A stretch of 46,635 bases of DNA. Origin: Octopus sinensis. Lineage: Eukaryota. Where the stretch lies: positions 1 to 46,635 of the forward strand of contig NW_021834599.1 in assembly GCF_006345805.1 (NCBI RefSeq), written 5' to 3'. Position numbers and translations under genes: made by a program. Position 1 is the first letter of the stretch; each line of letters starts with the position of its first letter. The notes below the pieces were generated by a model. It was given only the letters and a program-made list of their open reading frames with translations, searched no databases and was not told where the DNA came from. This document shows, in pieces, positions 1 to 14,300 of this stretch.

Positions 1-180
1 AGTAGTTTATCTGGCGCTCGTGACTTCGGTAAGCAGTCCACATCTCGCAACCGTATAGTAGGGTGGTAAGCACGACTGCCCGGTAGACTTTCAGCTTGGT
101 GTTGAGGCTGATTCCTCTCCGCTCCCAGACTTTCTTTCGCAGTCTCCCAAACGCGCTGCTTGCCTTGGAGATTCTGTTGA
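1..180 (-). mobile_element. RTE-clade LINE fragment (region just C-terminal of the RT core), 5'-truncated at about 180 and continuing out of the window
   Basis: Minus-strand translation NRISKASSAFGRLRKKVWERRGISLNTKLKVYRAVVLTTLLYGCEMWT is typical of RTE/BovB ORF2. It abuts a (TA)n run. Confidence 0.85.
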
Positions 181-199
181 TGATGATATATATACATAT

Positions 200-250
<51 letters not shown>

Positions 251-318
251 CATACATATGTATATAGGTTGCAAGACGCAACGAAAATTTTAGGACAATA
301 AAAATAAGAAAAAAGTGG

Positions 319-383
319 GAATTTTACCGGTGAGTGTTTTACATAATAAGGCACAAAAAGAAAATGATTCTCTCCAGACACAA
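319..383. repeat. Dispersed repeat fragment; inverted copy of 3991-4057
   Basis: gaattttaccggtgagtgttttacataataaggcacaaaaagaaaatgattctctccagacacaac closely matches the reverse complement of 3991-4057. Confidence 0.7.
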
Positions 384-509
384 CGGAATTATTGAACTTC
401 AGTATTACAACAACCAAAAAATAGAAACACATTTTCTTATGCGAATATAGTGTTGCGTTGACAATTTCAATTTAAAGTTTTTATTCATTCTGCAAATCTT
501 GTCCGTTGA

Positions 510-800
510 TCCCATGCTAAAAACGTCCAAACAGATATTGGTTTGAGTTTTACCTGTAGGGGTGAAAATGAAAAAATTGTCTTTGCTCCCCACACTGGAA
601 CCCCGGGATATGTCTGTGTGAAAAACAAGCCTTCTCTAATTGCAAAGAAGTAACTTTGAATGTCTGATCTTGGTACTTATCAATGGACATCGCAAGAGAC
701 TGACGTATTGGAAATTGAAGTCGTTTGAGTTCGAAGGGAATATTTGAAGGTATTAAACTTAAGTGAGGCATAAATATATCTTCACCTTTTCCAAAGACAA
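510..800 (-). mobile_element. Decayed Helitron Pif1-like helicase C-terminus (frameshifted)
   Basis: ORF 550..771 (LSLIPSNIPFELKRLQFPIRQSLAMSIDKYQDQT...CFSH) and ORF 405..593 (GSKDNFFIFTPTGKT) match the Helitron helicase pattern FKRxQFPxxxxFAMTINKSQGQT...FSHGQLYVAxSRV. Confidence 0.8.
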
Positions 801-922
801 AAAATATTCTGGCTTCTATGATATTTCTCGTTAATTTTTTGGATTTTCTTTTGTTATTGTCTGCTATTCATACAGGCGTACAAGAAGTGTATGAACATAC
901 ACACTACTTGTCTTTATACTTC

Positions 923-989
<67 letters not shown>

Positions 990-1423
990 GTATATATACA
1001 TATATGTGTGCGAGGAGAGAGAGAGAGAGGGAGAGAGAGAGAAAGAGAGAGAAATATAACTATAGATACAGGTACATAAAAATACCTTAGGAATGTGAAC
1101 TCAGGTTTCAAATTTCCCCAAGACACCTGATGAAGGCTGAAGGGTATAAAAAATAACATCTAGAATCACTTCCCTTGCGTCATATAAAAACGACGTGAGA
1201 GTTTCAAATTGAAATGGGTTCGTTTTTCGCTTGCGAAGGGGACACGAGCATTGGCGCACCAACAGACACACATACGCATGCAAGCTTCCTGCTGATACCT
1301 TTAACAATTAAACATCAACTAGCTTATAATTTACATTTAATTACACGCCACAACTATATAAAGTAATAACAATATCTAGTACAACCCTTTGTTATTATTT
1401 TGTTTCAGATATGCGTGTCTGAG

Positions 1424-1455
<32 letters not shown>

Positions 1456-1581
1456 TGTATGTATGAAGATATATAGACATTTATAAAGGTATATATAAAG
1501 ATAGATAGATAAATAGATAGATAGATATATAGATACATATATATATATATCTATATATCTATATCTATATATATATATATA

Positions 1582-1972
1582 TTTTACTTGTTTCAGTCAT
1601 TTGACTGCGGCCATGCTGGAGCACCAGCTTTAGTCGAGCAAATCGACCCCGGGACTTATTCTTTGTAAGCCCAGTACTTATTCTATCGGTCTCTTTTGCC
1701 GAACCGCTAGGTGACGGGGACGTACACACACCAGCATCGGTTGTCAAGCAATGCTAGGAGGACAAACACAGACACACAAACACACACATACATATATATA
1801 TATATGTACATGTATACGATAGGCTTCTTTCAGTTTCCGTCTACCAAATCCACTCAAAAGGCTTTGGTCGGCCCGGGGCTATAGCAGAAGACACTTGCCC
1901 AAGATGCCACGCAGTGGGACTGAACCCGGAACCATGTGGTTGGTTAGCAAGCCACACTGCCACTCCAGCGAC
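1582..1972 (-). mobile_element. tRNA-derived SINE with internal microsatellite
   Basis: The minus-strand head has a B-box-like ggttcagtccc. The body and tail (ctccagcatggccgcagtcaaatgactgaaac) are shared with copies at 2116, 26828 and 42800. Confidence 0.8.
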
Positions 1973-2115
1973 TATGTTTATATATTTATTGCCTAAACTG
2001 GCAAAACGACCATTCCGAATTATAACCATATATATATATATACATATGTATACATATATGGTTGTATGTATATATATATATATATATATATATGTATCTA
2101 TATATATTGTATACT

Positions 2116-2335
2116 CTTTTACATGTTTCAGTCATTTGACTGCGGCCATGCTGGAGCACCGACTTTTGTCCAGTAGATCGACCCGAGGACCTATTATTTG
2201 TAAACCTAGTACTTATTCTATCGGTCTTATATACCGAACCACTAAGTTATGGGGACGTAAACACACCAGCATCGGTTGTGAAACTATGTTGGGAGGACAA
2301 ACACAGACACAGTAACATACACACACACACATACA

Positions 2336-2387
<52 letters not shown>

Positions 2388-2541
2388 CATATATACGACG
2401 GGCTTCCTTCTGTTTCCGTGACAAAGCTTTGGTCGGTCCGTAGGCTATGGTAGAAGACATTTGCCCATGGTGCCATGTAGTGGGATTGAACACGGAACCA
2501 TGTGGTTGGTAAGCGAGCTACTTCCCATACAGACACTCCTG
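2116..2541 (-). mobile_element. tRNA-derived SINE, same family
   Basis: Colinear with 1582-1972 (gtttcagtcatttgactgcggccatgctggagcacc ... ggaaccatgtggttggtaagc). A further partial copy lies at about 2946-3050. Confidence 0.8.
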
Positions 2542-3079
2542 TTTATTAACCTGACAACAAGTTGAAGGTGAGCTCTGACTGGTTGTATGCAAATTAGTTC
2601 ATTAATGGGATCCGGAACACTCGAGGGAGAAAAAAAAATTTCGTGGCTGGGTCAAATGAGACGATGCAACCACCTTGGGTATGGGTGGACTGTGCTCAAA
2701 CACGAACAAACACCCACACATATAGATACATGCAAAGACGCACACTCGTAGCTATTTATGCTTTAAAAATGTTGACCTTAAAACCGTGACATTCTGAAGA
2801 AATTGTATGAGTGTGTGGGTCAGCCAATATGTGTGTGTGTGTGTGTGTGTGTGCTTTCATTTCTGTTTCGCTGAATTTGTGAAAGAGCAACGGGGAACTT
2901 GTTGACATCGATGACAATTTTCGTATATTGCTTCTTTTTTTTTTAATTTTTCAGTCATTAAATTGCGGCCATGCTGGGTTACTGCCTTGCAGGACTTTTA
3001 GTCGAACCAATTGACCTCATTAAAGTACATTTTTCAGCCTGGTAAGTATCCGCTCAGTTATATATATATATATATTATA

Positions 3080-3126
<47 letters not shown>

Positions 3127-3234
3127 ATATATATCAGTAACAATAAAGGGTGAAATTAATTAATTTGGAATAATTATTAATTACACCAAGTAGATTTCGG
3201 CATGTAAAAGCCTCATTCGAGGAAAATTTAAGTA

Positions 3235-3367
3235 ATACTAAGCAATTAAGGGTTTAGCAACTGAGATCCCCCTTTTAGTAGAAAGAATAGCTATAACTCT
3301 TTGACTGCTATTTCTAAATTCGGTGTGTGGTGAGGCAATTCGTTGCTAAACCCTTAATTGCTTAGTA

Positions 3368-3368
<1 letters not shown>
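3235..3368. repeat. Perfect 27-bp inverted repeat with 80-bp spacer, between (TA)n tracts
   Basis: atactaagcaattaagggtttagcaac (3235-3261) is the exact reverse complement of gttgctaaacccttaattgcttagtat (3342-3368). Confidence 0.9.
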
Positions 3369-3402
<34 letters not shown>

Positions 3403-4946
3403 CAGTCCTTAAATCGTAGTCTTCGTTTCTGCTGGGGGCTCTTTCCATAAAGAAGTTTAGCATATAGCATCTGTTTAGGGATCCTCTGATCATTAATCTA
3501 AAGAAAATGTCCAGTCCATCATTATACTCTGTGCTTTTATAATTTGACAAATTCAACTTCTCTTCTCTGGGCAACAAATTTTCCTTTTGATGCTTTTAAA
3601 ATATGAAAATTACTTTGACAGTCATTGACCAGAACAAGATGAAGATCTCAGTCAGTAAAGGAATTTGTCTGGGGTCTTCAAAGTTTGAAGTTACTCTTTT
3701 TAGTTTTATAAAGTCACTAAAAGTCCTACGTTTTCTCAATTTAAAGAAAACTAACACTTTTATAAATGAGTTTATTGCTACGCATTAAATGTTAAACTAA
3801 ATTTGCTCCAGCTGGTCTATATAAACAATAACCTATAGCTTTGAACAGCTTTATTATTTTGTTGTGTATTTACATGGCATATAATGTGTGAATAGAATTT
3901 CTCCCCCAGTTATCCAAGCAAAAAATCAGAAACTTATGTTATCAATTTATTTAGAAGAATTTTGTACAAAGTTTGATACAAAATAATTTTGTTGTGTCTG
4001 GGTAGAGTCATTCTCTTTTAGTGCCTTATTATTTAACACACTCAACGGTAAAATTTCGTTTTGCTTTAATAGTAATAATCAATTTCTGAATAAAGTTTAT
4101 TTTTATCTAATTTAAATATCTTGATTATTTAATTTGAAAACAATCAGGTTTGTTCACTTCTATCACAAAAGAATCCAATAAAAAGTGGAGAATACTTATG
4201 AATCTTCCTTTCCAATTCCACAAAAGTCTGCTCGGTAGAGCTTCCTGTCACATCTTATAATGTACATAAAGGTCTCATGTGTGTTACTTATTTAATCTTG
4301 GTCTCTGCTGTAAGAACTTGAAATCTAATTTCAAATTAAAATAACAGTGGAGTAATATGAAGGTAAATATTGTAAGGAAGAATTGTACTCTTCCTTTATC
4401 TGAAGTTATTTAAAAAGAGGGAGACACATGCAATTAAAACAACAAATGTTGTGTCATTATTTTATTATCTCAGACTTTTTCAGCACAGCTATTGTTTAAT
4501 TATAATTTTTTTGATTTATTTTCATATGTAAAATAGTGAAGTTTTATTTTTACTGACGAAAATTTCAGTAATTAGTAAATAACGAAGGTCATAAAGTAAG
4601 AATATAAAATTAGAATATTGTATATTGCACTCAAAACCCCCTGAATTTTTATTCAACCACCACCACTTTGGAGAGGCCTGTCTTAAACCACAACAGGACA
4701 AAGTGAGATATATCCTTAGATACATCATGTATTATATAGAAATACTATCTCTATAGGATATATAAAGGGAAAAGGCATCAATATATATATATACCAGGCA
4801 TTCTACTCTCAGATAAACATGAAGGTAGATAGCTATCAATATAGCAGAAGATATTAAAGCTGTCTATTTAACAATGGGGTTGCTTGGGGGGGGGGTTAGA
4901 TATACAACAACAGCAACAACAATAAATGAACATTTCAAAGTTTGTC

Positions 4947-4952
4947 TTTATT
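4947..4952 (-). promoter_or_regulatory. Candidate polyadenylation signal of the ANK-RING-death gene
   Basis: AATAAA on the minus strand about 245 nt after the stop codon at 5195. Weak evidence in AT-rich DNA. Confidence 0.35.
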
Positions 4953-5194
4953 TTAAATGTGAATTTTTAACAAAGGAGCCAAACCAGTGAAGGGATCACT
5001 ATGTGGCTGATATACCTGCTAGAATTAGCAGCTAAATTCACACGATATCACTGTACAGAAGGGCATATTGGACAATGTGGTTGTGGGTTCTCTTTGGAAA
5101 TAGGCATGATGGTCCTGACTGGAATGCGTTTGATCATAAGTCTCTGTTTGGTCAAGGTTAATCTGAGGCTAAACAACAACAGTTACACAGAAAT

Positions 5195-5394
5195 TCACTT
5201 TGCGTCTAATGACAGACATTCCATCGCAGCGAAACATTCAGCTTCTTCAAGAGCTGCACGTAATGTTGCGTGTGTCCGTGTTTCTGGGTCGCAATTTTTG
5301 AACCATTCGTAAAGAATCTGGTGGCCTTGTTTTACAGTGACATTAGACTCATCATCAATTTTCAGTTTAGTTGTATCAACTTCTAAAACAATAA
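5195..5394 (-). CDS. Terminal exon: death domain, C-terminal part
   Basis: Acceptor tcttttgcag. Translation [66 protein letters not shown] shows the death-domain pattern Q..LxxW...TxxxLxxAL. Confidence 0.85.
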
Positions 5395-8300
5395 CTGCAA
5401 AAGACACAACAATAAGAAATGAATGCAACAACATTGACAATAACATAAAACGGTGTGTACTGTAGGTTGTTATGAATATAACAAACAAACTTTATCAATA
5501 GAGAAGTAAAAAAAGAAATAGCTAAGAAACATGAAAAATATAAGACATTGTTTTCTATTGACAAAAATAACAAAGAGTTTGAATTAAACGAGATTTTTAA
5601 AGAAAATTAATTGAAAATTATACTTGAGAAAATATATGGTAAACGAGGGCAGGACAACTTTTGTGAAGGCAAAAGTATATCAGAACCTCAAGAATTAACA
5701 TTGACCTCCAACAGTGAAAGCATATGATCCATCCATTTCCTCTGCTCAATATTCTTGAAAGGGCTGTGGGGAAAGAGTCCTCAGGCACCTCCTCCATAGG
5801 GTCCTATCAGAAGCATCCATCATTAGACATTCTGCTTGTATTCTATGATGTGAAGAACTAAGACTATGGATATCATCCAACCATTTCTTTCTTGGCCTCC
5901 CCCTCGGTACCCTGTTCCATTGGTTTGACTTTGAGAACCTGTCCTGTAATTCATTCCTGCAACACCCTGATCACATGTCCGAGGTACCACAGATGTGGAG
6001 GAGATGTGGTTCAACCTGGAGAGACTCCCAGATCTCTGAACTGTAAATCCTATTGAGTAACATTACTCCAAAGACCCTTTAGAGGAATCCCATATACCTG
6101 TCTTATTCTGGTAGATTTCAGACCTGGTATTCAAAGGGTCATGAAAGTACTGTCCCTCTGTGCCATCTACTACCTTGCAAAGTTCCCAAGAGGACACTGG
6201 AAATCGAATGATCAGTGATTGTCCAACAGTCGATAATTCTAAGTCAAACTCAATCCCATTTCAAACTTCTCCAATGAACTCCAGGTTCGATCAATTCTAC
6301 AGAGCCTATTCAGTTATTATTATGTCAGTCTGAATGAGAGATGCCCCCTGCAGTTCGGCTTGACTTGTGAATGTTCATTTTCTGGTAAATTCCCTTAAAG
6401 GAATTCTCTGTTTTCGCCTGAGGAGAATGATAGGATTTCGCTGTGTCACCTTTATTAAATCTCTTTTTATTGAAGCATTTACAGACATATGTCATGTGGT
6501 AAAGTCATTGCAAAATGGCAAAATAAATTGGAATTATCAGCTTCCAACACAATAACCCAATAAATAATCTGTTTGAAGAAAGATGCTTTGTTTTAGATGT
6601 TAACTTTGGTACTTGTCCTTCATTACAATAACCTAACAGTGAACCTAAAGAAAATGTGAAACAAATTCACTCACCTGTTTACCCTTAAACAATATATTTT
6701 AGTTCCTTCTTCCAAAAGATAATATTAAACGCCATTTGTGTTTTCTAGTTTATCCATTATTACCAACCATGCTAACCTCAGTGGATATTTTATGAAATAT
6801 CAGGAATATCGTAAATAAAATTGTCATACAGGTAACCTATCAATTGGAAATGAGGAATGTAACTTGTTCTCATTCATTCTGACAAATAAAATAGATCAGG
6901 TGAAAGTAAAATATATAGAAATCAAATATACTCACCCACTTGCCACCAATCACGTCCTAACCTCTTAGCCACTCTCAGAAGATCCCTCTCCTTCAGAACT
7001 GGACTCCCTGAAATAAATATTTCCAAGTTTTATAATTGATTGTAAAACTTATTTATCTCTATAAATATTCTGTAGTTTATTGTTGTGGGACATTGTTATC
7101 ATCAGTGGTTGGCTGGTGACACTAGGGTTTTGCTCAGTATTTTTATACTTTCCATTGTGGGACCATGTAATAGCTCAATATTTAGGCCCGCAACAAAATA
7201 GACTAACTTTCCGAAACCTTGTTTCTCTTTAACAGAGACATCCTACATAATCTAACAATGTTGCAATTATTTCATTCAATTATCATTTCATAGTTCTCTC
7301 TCTCCTTTCATATATCTGTACCAAATCTATGACATGTGACTGTCCTCTGAACTCTACACTTCACTAAGCACCATTCTCCTCATCTTCTGCTAAAGTCCAA
7401 TATCATCCAATGTGGTCTCCAAAGATCTCGTCAGAATTGCATGACACACCACTTCAAGTAAAATAAACGTAATACCTGTTCTCTTTGCTGTTGGAAACTC
7501 TGAATTTATCATCCCACATCCCAGTTCACCTGGTCATTATCTGTGCAGGGAATATTTTAAGACTCCTTAATACAGGTGAGCAATGATCAGTTCTCCCAAA
7601 GATGAAACAAAAAGTGATATCAGGTGTCCTAAACACTGCACACTTGTACAAAACCCCATTAACTACATAAACCTGGACATCACACATTATTGCAGTGAAG
7701 ACATCTGAAATGGTACAAAGGACTGATACTCAAAAATATATAAGAAAGACGGGAATTCAAAGTGAGAGCTCCAATCTTTTATTTTCCAGAATGTTTGGCA
7801 TATTTGTTTTCTTTTAACCATCTTCGTTCTGTGACTTGATCTCAATGCCTTTACTCTTATTGCAAAATTAGTAGTGTACCATCGTCGTAATAGTTTTTTC
7901 AAGTTTCCTTTAAACTTCATCAGGGTTTCTCCTGCTATTGACCTTCACTTGTTTCTGCTGACCTTTCAGAAATGACGGGCTTCATTACTCATTGCATTGA
8001 ACCACATTTTCACCAGGTTCCTCAGTCTACCCGTTAATCCAGAACTATTTGCATATCCTTTTATTGTGTTTGTTACTATGTTATGTAATCCATTAATGTC
8101 TTCTCCAGTGTTTTCCTTTGAGCCATTTCTTATCAATCTCTGATTTAAGTAACATCTCCATAACAATCACAAACCAAATGACTGATTTTGTAGAAACTAC
8201 CAGCAAGTCCCATTTCAAATGATACCAGTCTATCGAGAAAGTTTTCCTCATGAACTGCATATTGAAATTTTTATAGCAGCTCCTCATCAGATCCTTAATC

Positions 8301-11300
8301 TTTTCTCATATATAAAACAGGTCACTGCTTCCATCCACCAATTTGTTTGCTAGAGAACCATAAACAGATCAAATCATACAACATTCAATCCCTTTTTTCT
8401 TCTTCCGTCTTGTACACATCCTAGATTTAAGACACATGTTCCACACAGCCAGGAATGCCAGAGGATTCCAGTCTTCGAGATACTTTTAGTCCCATATTCA
8501 TTATTCTGTAGATTTACAGTTGATCTCTTTGTGAATACAACCTTATAAATCTTGCCATCTATATTCAAGGTTGAAATTAGTCTGAACTAATCAATCGGTA
8601 TTTCTGTTCTCAGTATCTGCAAACAGAATTTCCTTGTAGAAGTTAAAGAGGAGCGTTTAATTTCGTTGACGACATGATCATTTTTCTAGGGCTTTTGGAG
8701 CAAAATTGTGCCCAAGGCCCATTTTAAAGTGGTTGATGTTAGGAAAGGCACATCACCATAGAAAAGCCGGAATGTGTTCCTCATCCAATCAAGGCGGACA
8801 GTATTTGTTGATAAGAACTGACATGGATAGGAATCATCCATCCAATCGATAGGAGCATAGACATCAGATGATAAATGATGAGGGTCATCAGTGTCTATCT
8901 TGGAGAGAGAGGGAGAGAGAGAACGGTTGTCTCAACATCAAACCTAATACTTTTACATGAATAAAGACAATGTTTAGGGGATGTAATGATAAATTTATTA
9001 TCAGTGAAAACAAAAAGGCAGGGTGTTCACATAAGGAACACATTTCATTGTAAATCTGTCACATTATGAGAGATATTTGCCTAAATAGCAACAACAGCAA
9101 TAACCTATCAGTAAACTTAGTAACTACATATTTTAGTCCTCCGTTTCAAAATACAGTATTAATTCTATTGTCTTCTAAATTATCCATTTTCTGAACCATG
9201 CCAACCCCGTTGGAGATTTTTGTGAAATTCCATTGATATCAAATGTCTAATAGAATTATTATACAGCTATATTTCAGATGTAAATTATGAATGGATCTTG
9301 TCCTCAGTCATTCTGATAAACTACAAATGCTCAGGTGAAGGTTAAAAATATAGAAATCCATGAGGTATGTTATTTGCTTCTCACCAACTGGCTGTGATGT
9401 TGTCAAGGCATCCTTCACAGAAGTTGGAGTCTTTGAAATGAATATTTTCAAGTTTTATAGTATAATTTCATTATAGTTATTGATAATCAACACTTTATTA
9501 TTGTGGGAAGGGCATACAGCTGTAAAAACCATTTCGTAGGGATGTGGTTGTGTGCCCATGTAAAAGTTATGTTAACTTTGAGGGTAACAAGGTGTAAAAT
9601 ATCAGATGAGGGTACAAGATAATGCTATGAAACATTCACACAGACAAGTTTAAGAGAGTTAATGAATGATAGCTGATTAATTATCATGTTAATGCGGCGT
9701 TTAAACACTAACTATCAATATAGATTGTATAAAATCTGTGTGAAGAACATGTGACATTTGTTACAATGAATATGGTTGTGTCTCAGCACAGTTGATATTA
9801 TGGTAGTTCCATGAGAAACCATAGAAAAATGTAACCATTTCCAGTACCGAATACTAATGATGAATTCTTTTCTTGGTCAAAACAATGACCAGGTTCCATG
9901 ATCTAATTTCAACATAACAATCAAGTCGGAAGTAAAACCAAAATGTGGAAGACTGAAAACAGTGACTCTCTTACAATTGAAACCATCTCAAAGCCAACAA
10001 TTGTCAGTATAACGATGTCTATATATGGACAGTAAACGTTATTCAAACATCGTAACAAGCGATAATTATATATATATAGTTAGAAAAGAGTGTGAGTTCA
10101 AGTCACACTGGAATCTCATACGTTCATTCCTTTCCATATATTGCATATGTTAGCATCAATGTTTTGTTCAAATGTGAACATATGTTCTCTGTCAATATGA
10201 ATGTTATCAAAATCACTGAATCGGTTTCCACAATCGATATTATTATACTGAGCTAATATGTTATACCAGACAGGAAACTACTGTAACAATCTAAGACAAA
10301 GAATTATGATGAGTTACTGGAAGACATCATCATCATCATCAACATTCAAAGTTGTTTTCCATGCTGAATGGGTTGGAAATCTGACAGGATCTGACAAGCC
10401 AGACAACTGCACCAGGCCCCAGATGGTTTCTTTGGCATGGTTTTCTACGGTAGGATGTTCTTATTGATGCCAACCACCTCACAGAGTGTACGTGGCCCCT
10501 TGTGTAACGCACAAGTACTGGAAATTTAGCCAAAAGCATGTAAGACAAAGACCCCACAGCCGGAGAGGGGGTATTGCAAATTCTCTCCCCGCATCCTGAT
10601 TCTTTTGTCATCACATTCCCTTCTCACCTCCTGAAAATGTCATCAGCTTCAGTGAAGCAAAACATCATAGAGTAGTGAGGACCGTCTCATTATATAGAAT
10701 GCACACAACTTGATTACTACTTGTGCTATAATTAAATGCTCCCAGAACACTTTAGGAAGTGGTGGTGTTGGAAACTAGGAAAGATGACACCACAAGTTGA
10801 AAGTAACGTTTGATATTGTTGGAAATTGATCATTTCTAATGCTTGTGCGACAATAAAATATACCCAGGACCCTTTATAAAATGGTGGGGTTAGAAAGGGT
10901 CTACCCCCTTAGAAAAGCTGCAATGTTTAAGTGAGATGTTTTCCTCAACAAATGACGGTTGGCAGTAATTTCAGATACAACTGACTTGGACAGTGATGAC
11001 CCACCTAGTGTATGGGAGCATGGAGAGCAGATGAGAAAAGATGAGGATGATATCATTTATTGTATTGAAACTTTTAACCAGCATCTTCTTGAAAAGACGG
11101 AGAGAAAGAGCAATGAGTGAGAGAGAGAGAATGAATGAGTACAATGAGATGACAAACAGGGCGAATATTCTCCTTAACGGGGGAGAACCGTTTCAGGGTT
11201 TATATTTAATTTTTGTATCTTTCTTTCTGCGAGTGATGAGTAACTGATGTTTGCATAAAGTACATTTATTGGATATTCGTGTTGTTGTAGAAGAACAGAA

Positions 11301-14300
11301 TTTCTTATAGCTAAGCATTCAATGAAATCTAGCAGTGGAACCTGTTCTCGGTCATTATTAGATATCAATATAGATTGTATATAATCTGAGTAAAGAACAT
11401 ATAACCTTCATCACAATGAATATGATTGTGTCTCAGCACAGCTAATATTATGGTAGTTCCATGAGCAAACGAAGAAAGATATAACCAAGTCCACTGCCAA
11501 ATACTAATGATTAATTCATTTCCTGGTCAAATAACAATGACTAACTTCCATTAAATAATTTGAACGCAACGATGTCAGTGTGCACACAAGGCAGAGTGAA
11601 GAGGCCTGAGAGAAGTGTTAGACATAAGAAGCATCAGATGTGGTGTACAAGAGAGACAACTGCACTGGTATGGTTATGGGTATGGATGAGGAGAATTGTG
11701 GGAAGAAGTGTTACACCCTAACAGTGGAAGGAACCCGTGGAAAGGGGTGACCCAGGAAGACAGGGGATGACGTGGTGAAATGACCTTCGAACGTTGGGCC
11801 TCACAGAGGTAATAGCAAGAGACAGAGACCTCTGTAAATATGACGTGATTAAGAGGACCCGGCAAGTGAAGTGAGATCACAGCTGTAGCCTATACCAGTG
11901 GCGCATAACCAGCCCCTTTTAAAAGTACCCTTGAATCACAGAGTGATAAGTTGCGCTTGAGAAGAATTTCTGAGTCAAGTAAAACCAAAAACCAGAAATC
12001 ACAAATCAAAATCAAATCAAGATCGAAATCAAAATGGAAATTGTAATTACGGCCGATGCCAGTGCCGCCTGGCTGGCACCCGTGCCGGTGGCACATAATA
12101 AGTACCATTCAAACATTGTTTGTTGACAGTGCCGCCTGACTGGTTCCCTGTGCCGTTGGCACATAAAAAGTACCTTCCGAACGTGGTTAATGCCAGCCCC
12201 AACTTCAACTGGCTCCTGTGTCGGTGGCACGTAAAAGGCACCCACCACACTCTCGGAGTGGTTGGCGTTAGGAATGGCATACATATGTGGAAACCTTGCC
12301 AGATCACATTGCAGCCTGACGCAGCCTACTGCCTTGCCAGTGAAATCGTCTGACCCATGCCACCATAAGAAACGGATGTTAAATGATGATGGTGATGATG
12401 ATGATGATGATGCGTTCTGTGACCAAATGACAAAATTAACTCTATTGTGTCTTCTAATTTGAACATTATTACCAACAGCATTAACCTCAATGGGTATTTC
12501 ATAAACTCACAGTAAATCGATATTTTAATTCAATATTATACAGATAATTGTTCAATTTGGAAAATAGGAATGGAAGCTGTTTCAGTTATTCTTTCAAGCA
12601 CAATATACTCGGGGAAGAAAACCTTACAGAAATCAATTGGGAACTATTATTTTATACTCACCAATTGCCTGAGATGCAGCCCCTAATCCTGACATGTAGC
12701 TCTTTTTTACACACCTGTCTTCAGACTTTGGAGCCCCTGAAATAAATATTTCCAAGCTTTACATTTGATATTAAAATGTCTGTATCTTTATTTTTATTAA
12801 TCTCTGTTGTTATAGTGAGTCATTCAATTGGTGACCTTACTGGCCAAATGTTGACCATTATGGTTTTGGTCAATATTTCTGTACTTTCTACAGCGGTCCC
12901 ATGTAATAGCCCAATGTTTCCACAATAAAACAGACTAACATTCCTAAATCCACCCTCTCCCTCTCTCTCTCTCTCTCTAGAAACACATTAAATATTCTAA
13001 CAATGTACCAATTATCTCATTTAATTAACACTTGATAAGAGTTTTCTCTTAGCTTTGTCTTTCTTTTCTTATAACTCTGCCAAATCTATGGCATGGCACT
13101 GTCCTCTCATCTCTCGAATTCACTAATCAACATTCCTCTCTAATTAAGTAAAACTGAGGTCATAAAGACTGTCCTTTATGTACATACCCTCCACCCCGCA
13201 CACAATCTGTCCCCTAAAAATCATCTCCACAAGCCAAATTCCAAACACCCTTCCCCACCATGATCCCTAACAAGATATAAAATGTAAGGTGAGGGTACAC
13301 GATGTTCCTATGACAAAATATGTTAACATTTCAGACATACAAATGTAAGAGAGTTAATGAATTATAGCTTATTAATTATCATGATAATTGGGTATATATG
13401 TGATACAATGGCACAGTGCCTGACGGTGCAATACTAGATATCAATATAGATTGTATATAATCTGAGTAAAGATCATATAACCTTCATTACAATGAATATG
13501 ATTGTGTCTCAGCACAGCTAATATTATGGTAGTTCCATGAGCAAACGAAGAAAGATATAACCAAGTCCACTGCCAAATACTAATGATTAATTCATTTCCT
13601 GGTCAAATAACAATGACTATCTTTCATTAAATAATTTGAACGCAACAATCAAGACCAAAGGGTGAAACACTCAGAAAACTGTGCCTCTTTTAGCAATAAT
13701 ATCATCTAAAATCTAACAAGTGTGAGAAAAAGAATGACTATATGGATGGTAAATGTTGTTCAAACAATGTAATAAGTGTATATTATATATAGTTACAAAC
13801 AGGGATTTGTGAGATCAAGTCACACAGTGAACTCATATTTTATTCCTATCTTTATAGTTTATGTCAACACCGATATTTTGTTTAAATGTAAACAGATGTT
13901 CACCGTTCAATACTAAATTTAATATTTAATCAACGTTAATGATCATTATACTTATAATCTTAGAGATTTGATTTTTAATTTCTTTAATTTATAACAAAGT
14001 TATTCTAACCTGAGACATTCAGGGTACGTACCTAAACAACATATCATGACAGACATCTGGCTACATAACAATAACAACAACAATAACCTATGAGAAAACT
14101 TTGGAAAGACCTTAGTAGCAAAAGAAACAAAAACTTTCTCGTTACCTCACCTGTTTACAAATAAACAACAAAATGTTCTAGTTCTCTGTCCTAAAAGACA
14201 TCATTAACTCTATTATGTCTTCTTATTTAACCATTTTACCAACCACGTTAACCTTGATTTTATGAAATTTCAGTGGAATATTTAATAGAATCCTTTTTAC

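Noticed and set aside
1127-1148. ctgatgaaggctg, a hammerhead 5' half-core
   Set aside because: The closing stem II strand and GAAA are missing, so it is at most a truncated repeat remnant.
6668-6680. Strong donor-like CAG|GTGAGT on the minus strand (paralogous site near 14150)
   Set aside because: I could not identify a matching acceptor with an open frame, and the death domain is complete without it.
7476-7530. Possible extra exon with cacag acceptor and AG|gtatt donor on the minus strand
   Set aside because: It contains an in-frame TGA in the required phase-1 frame.
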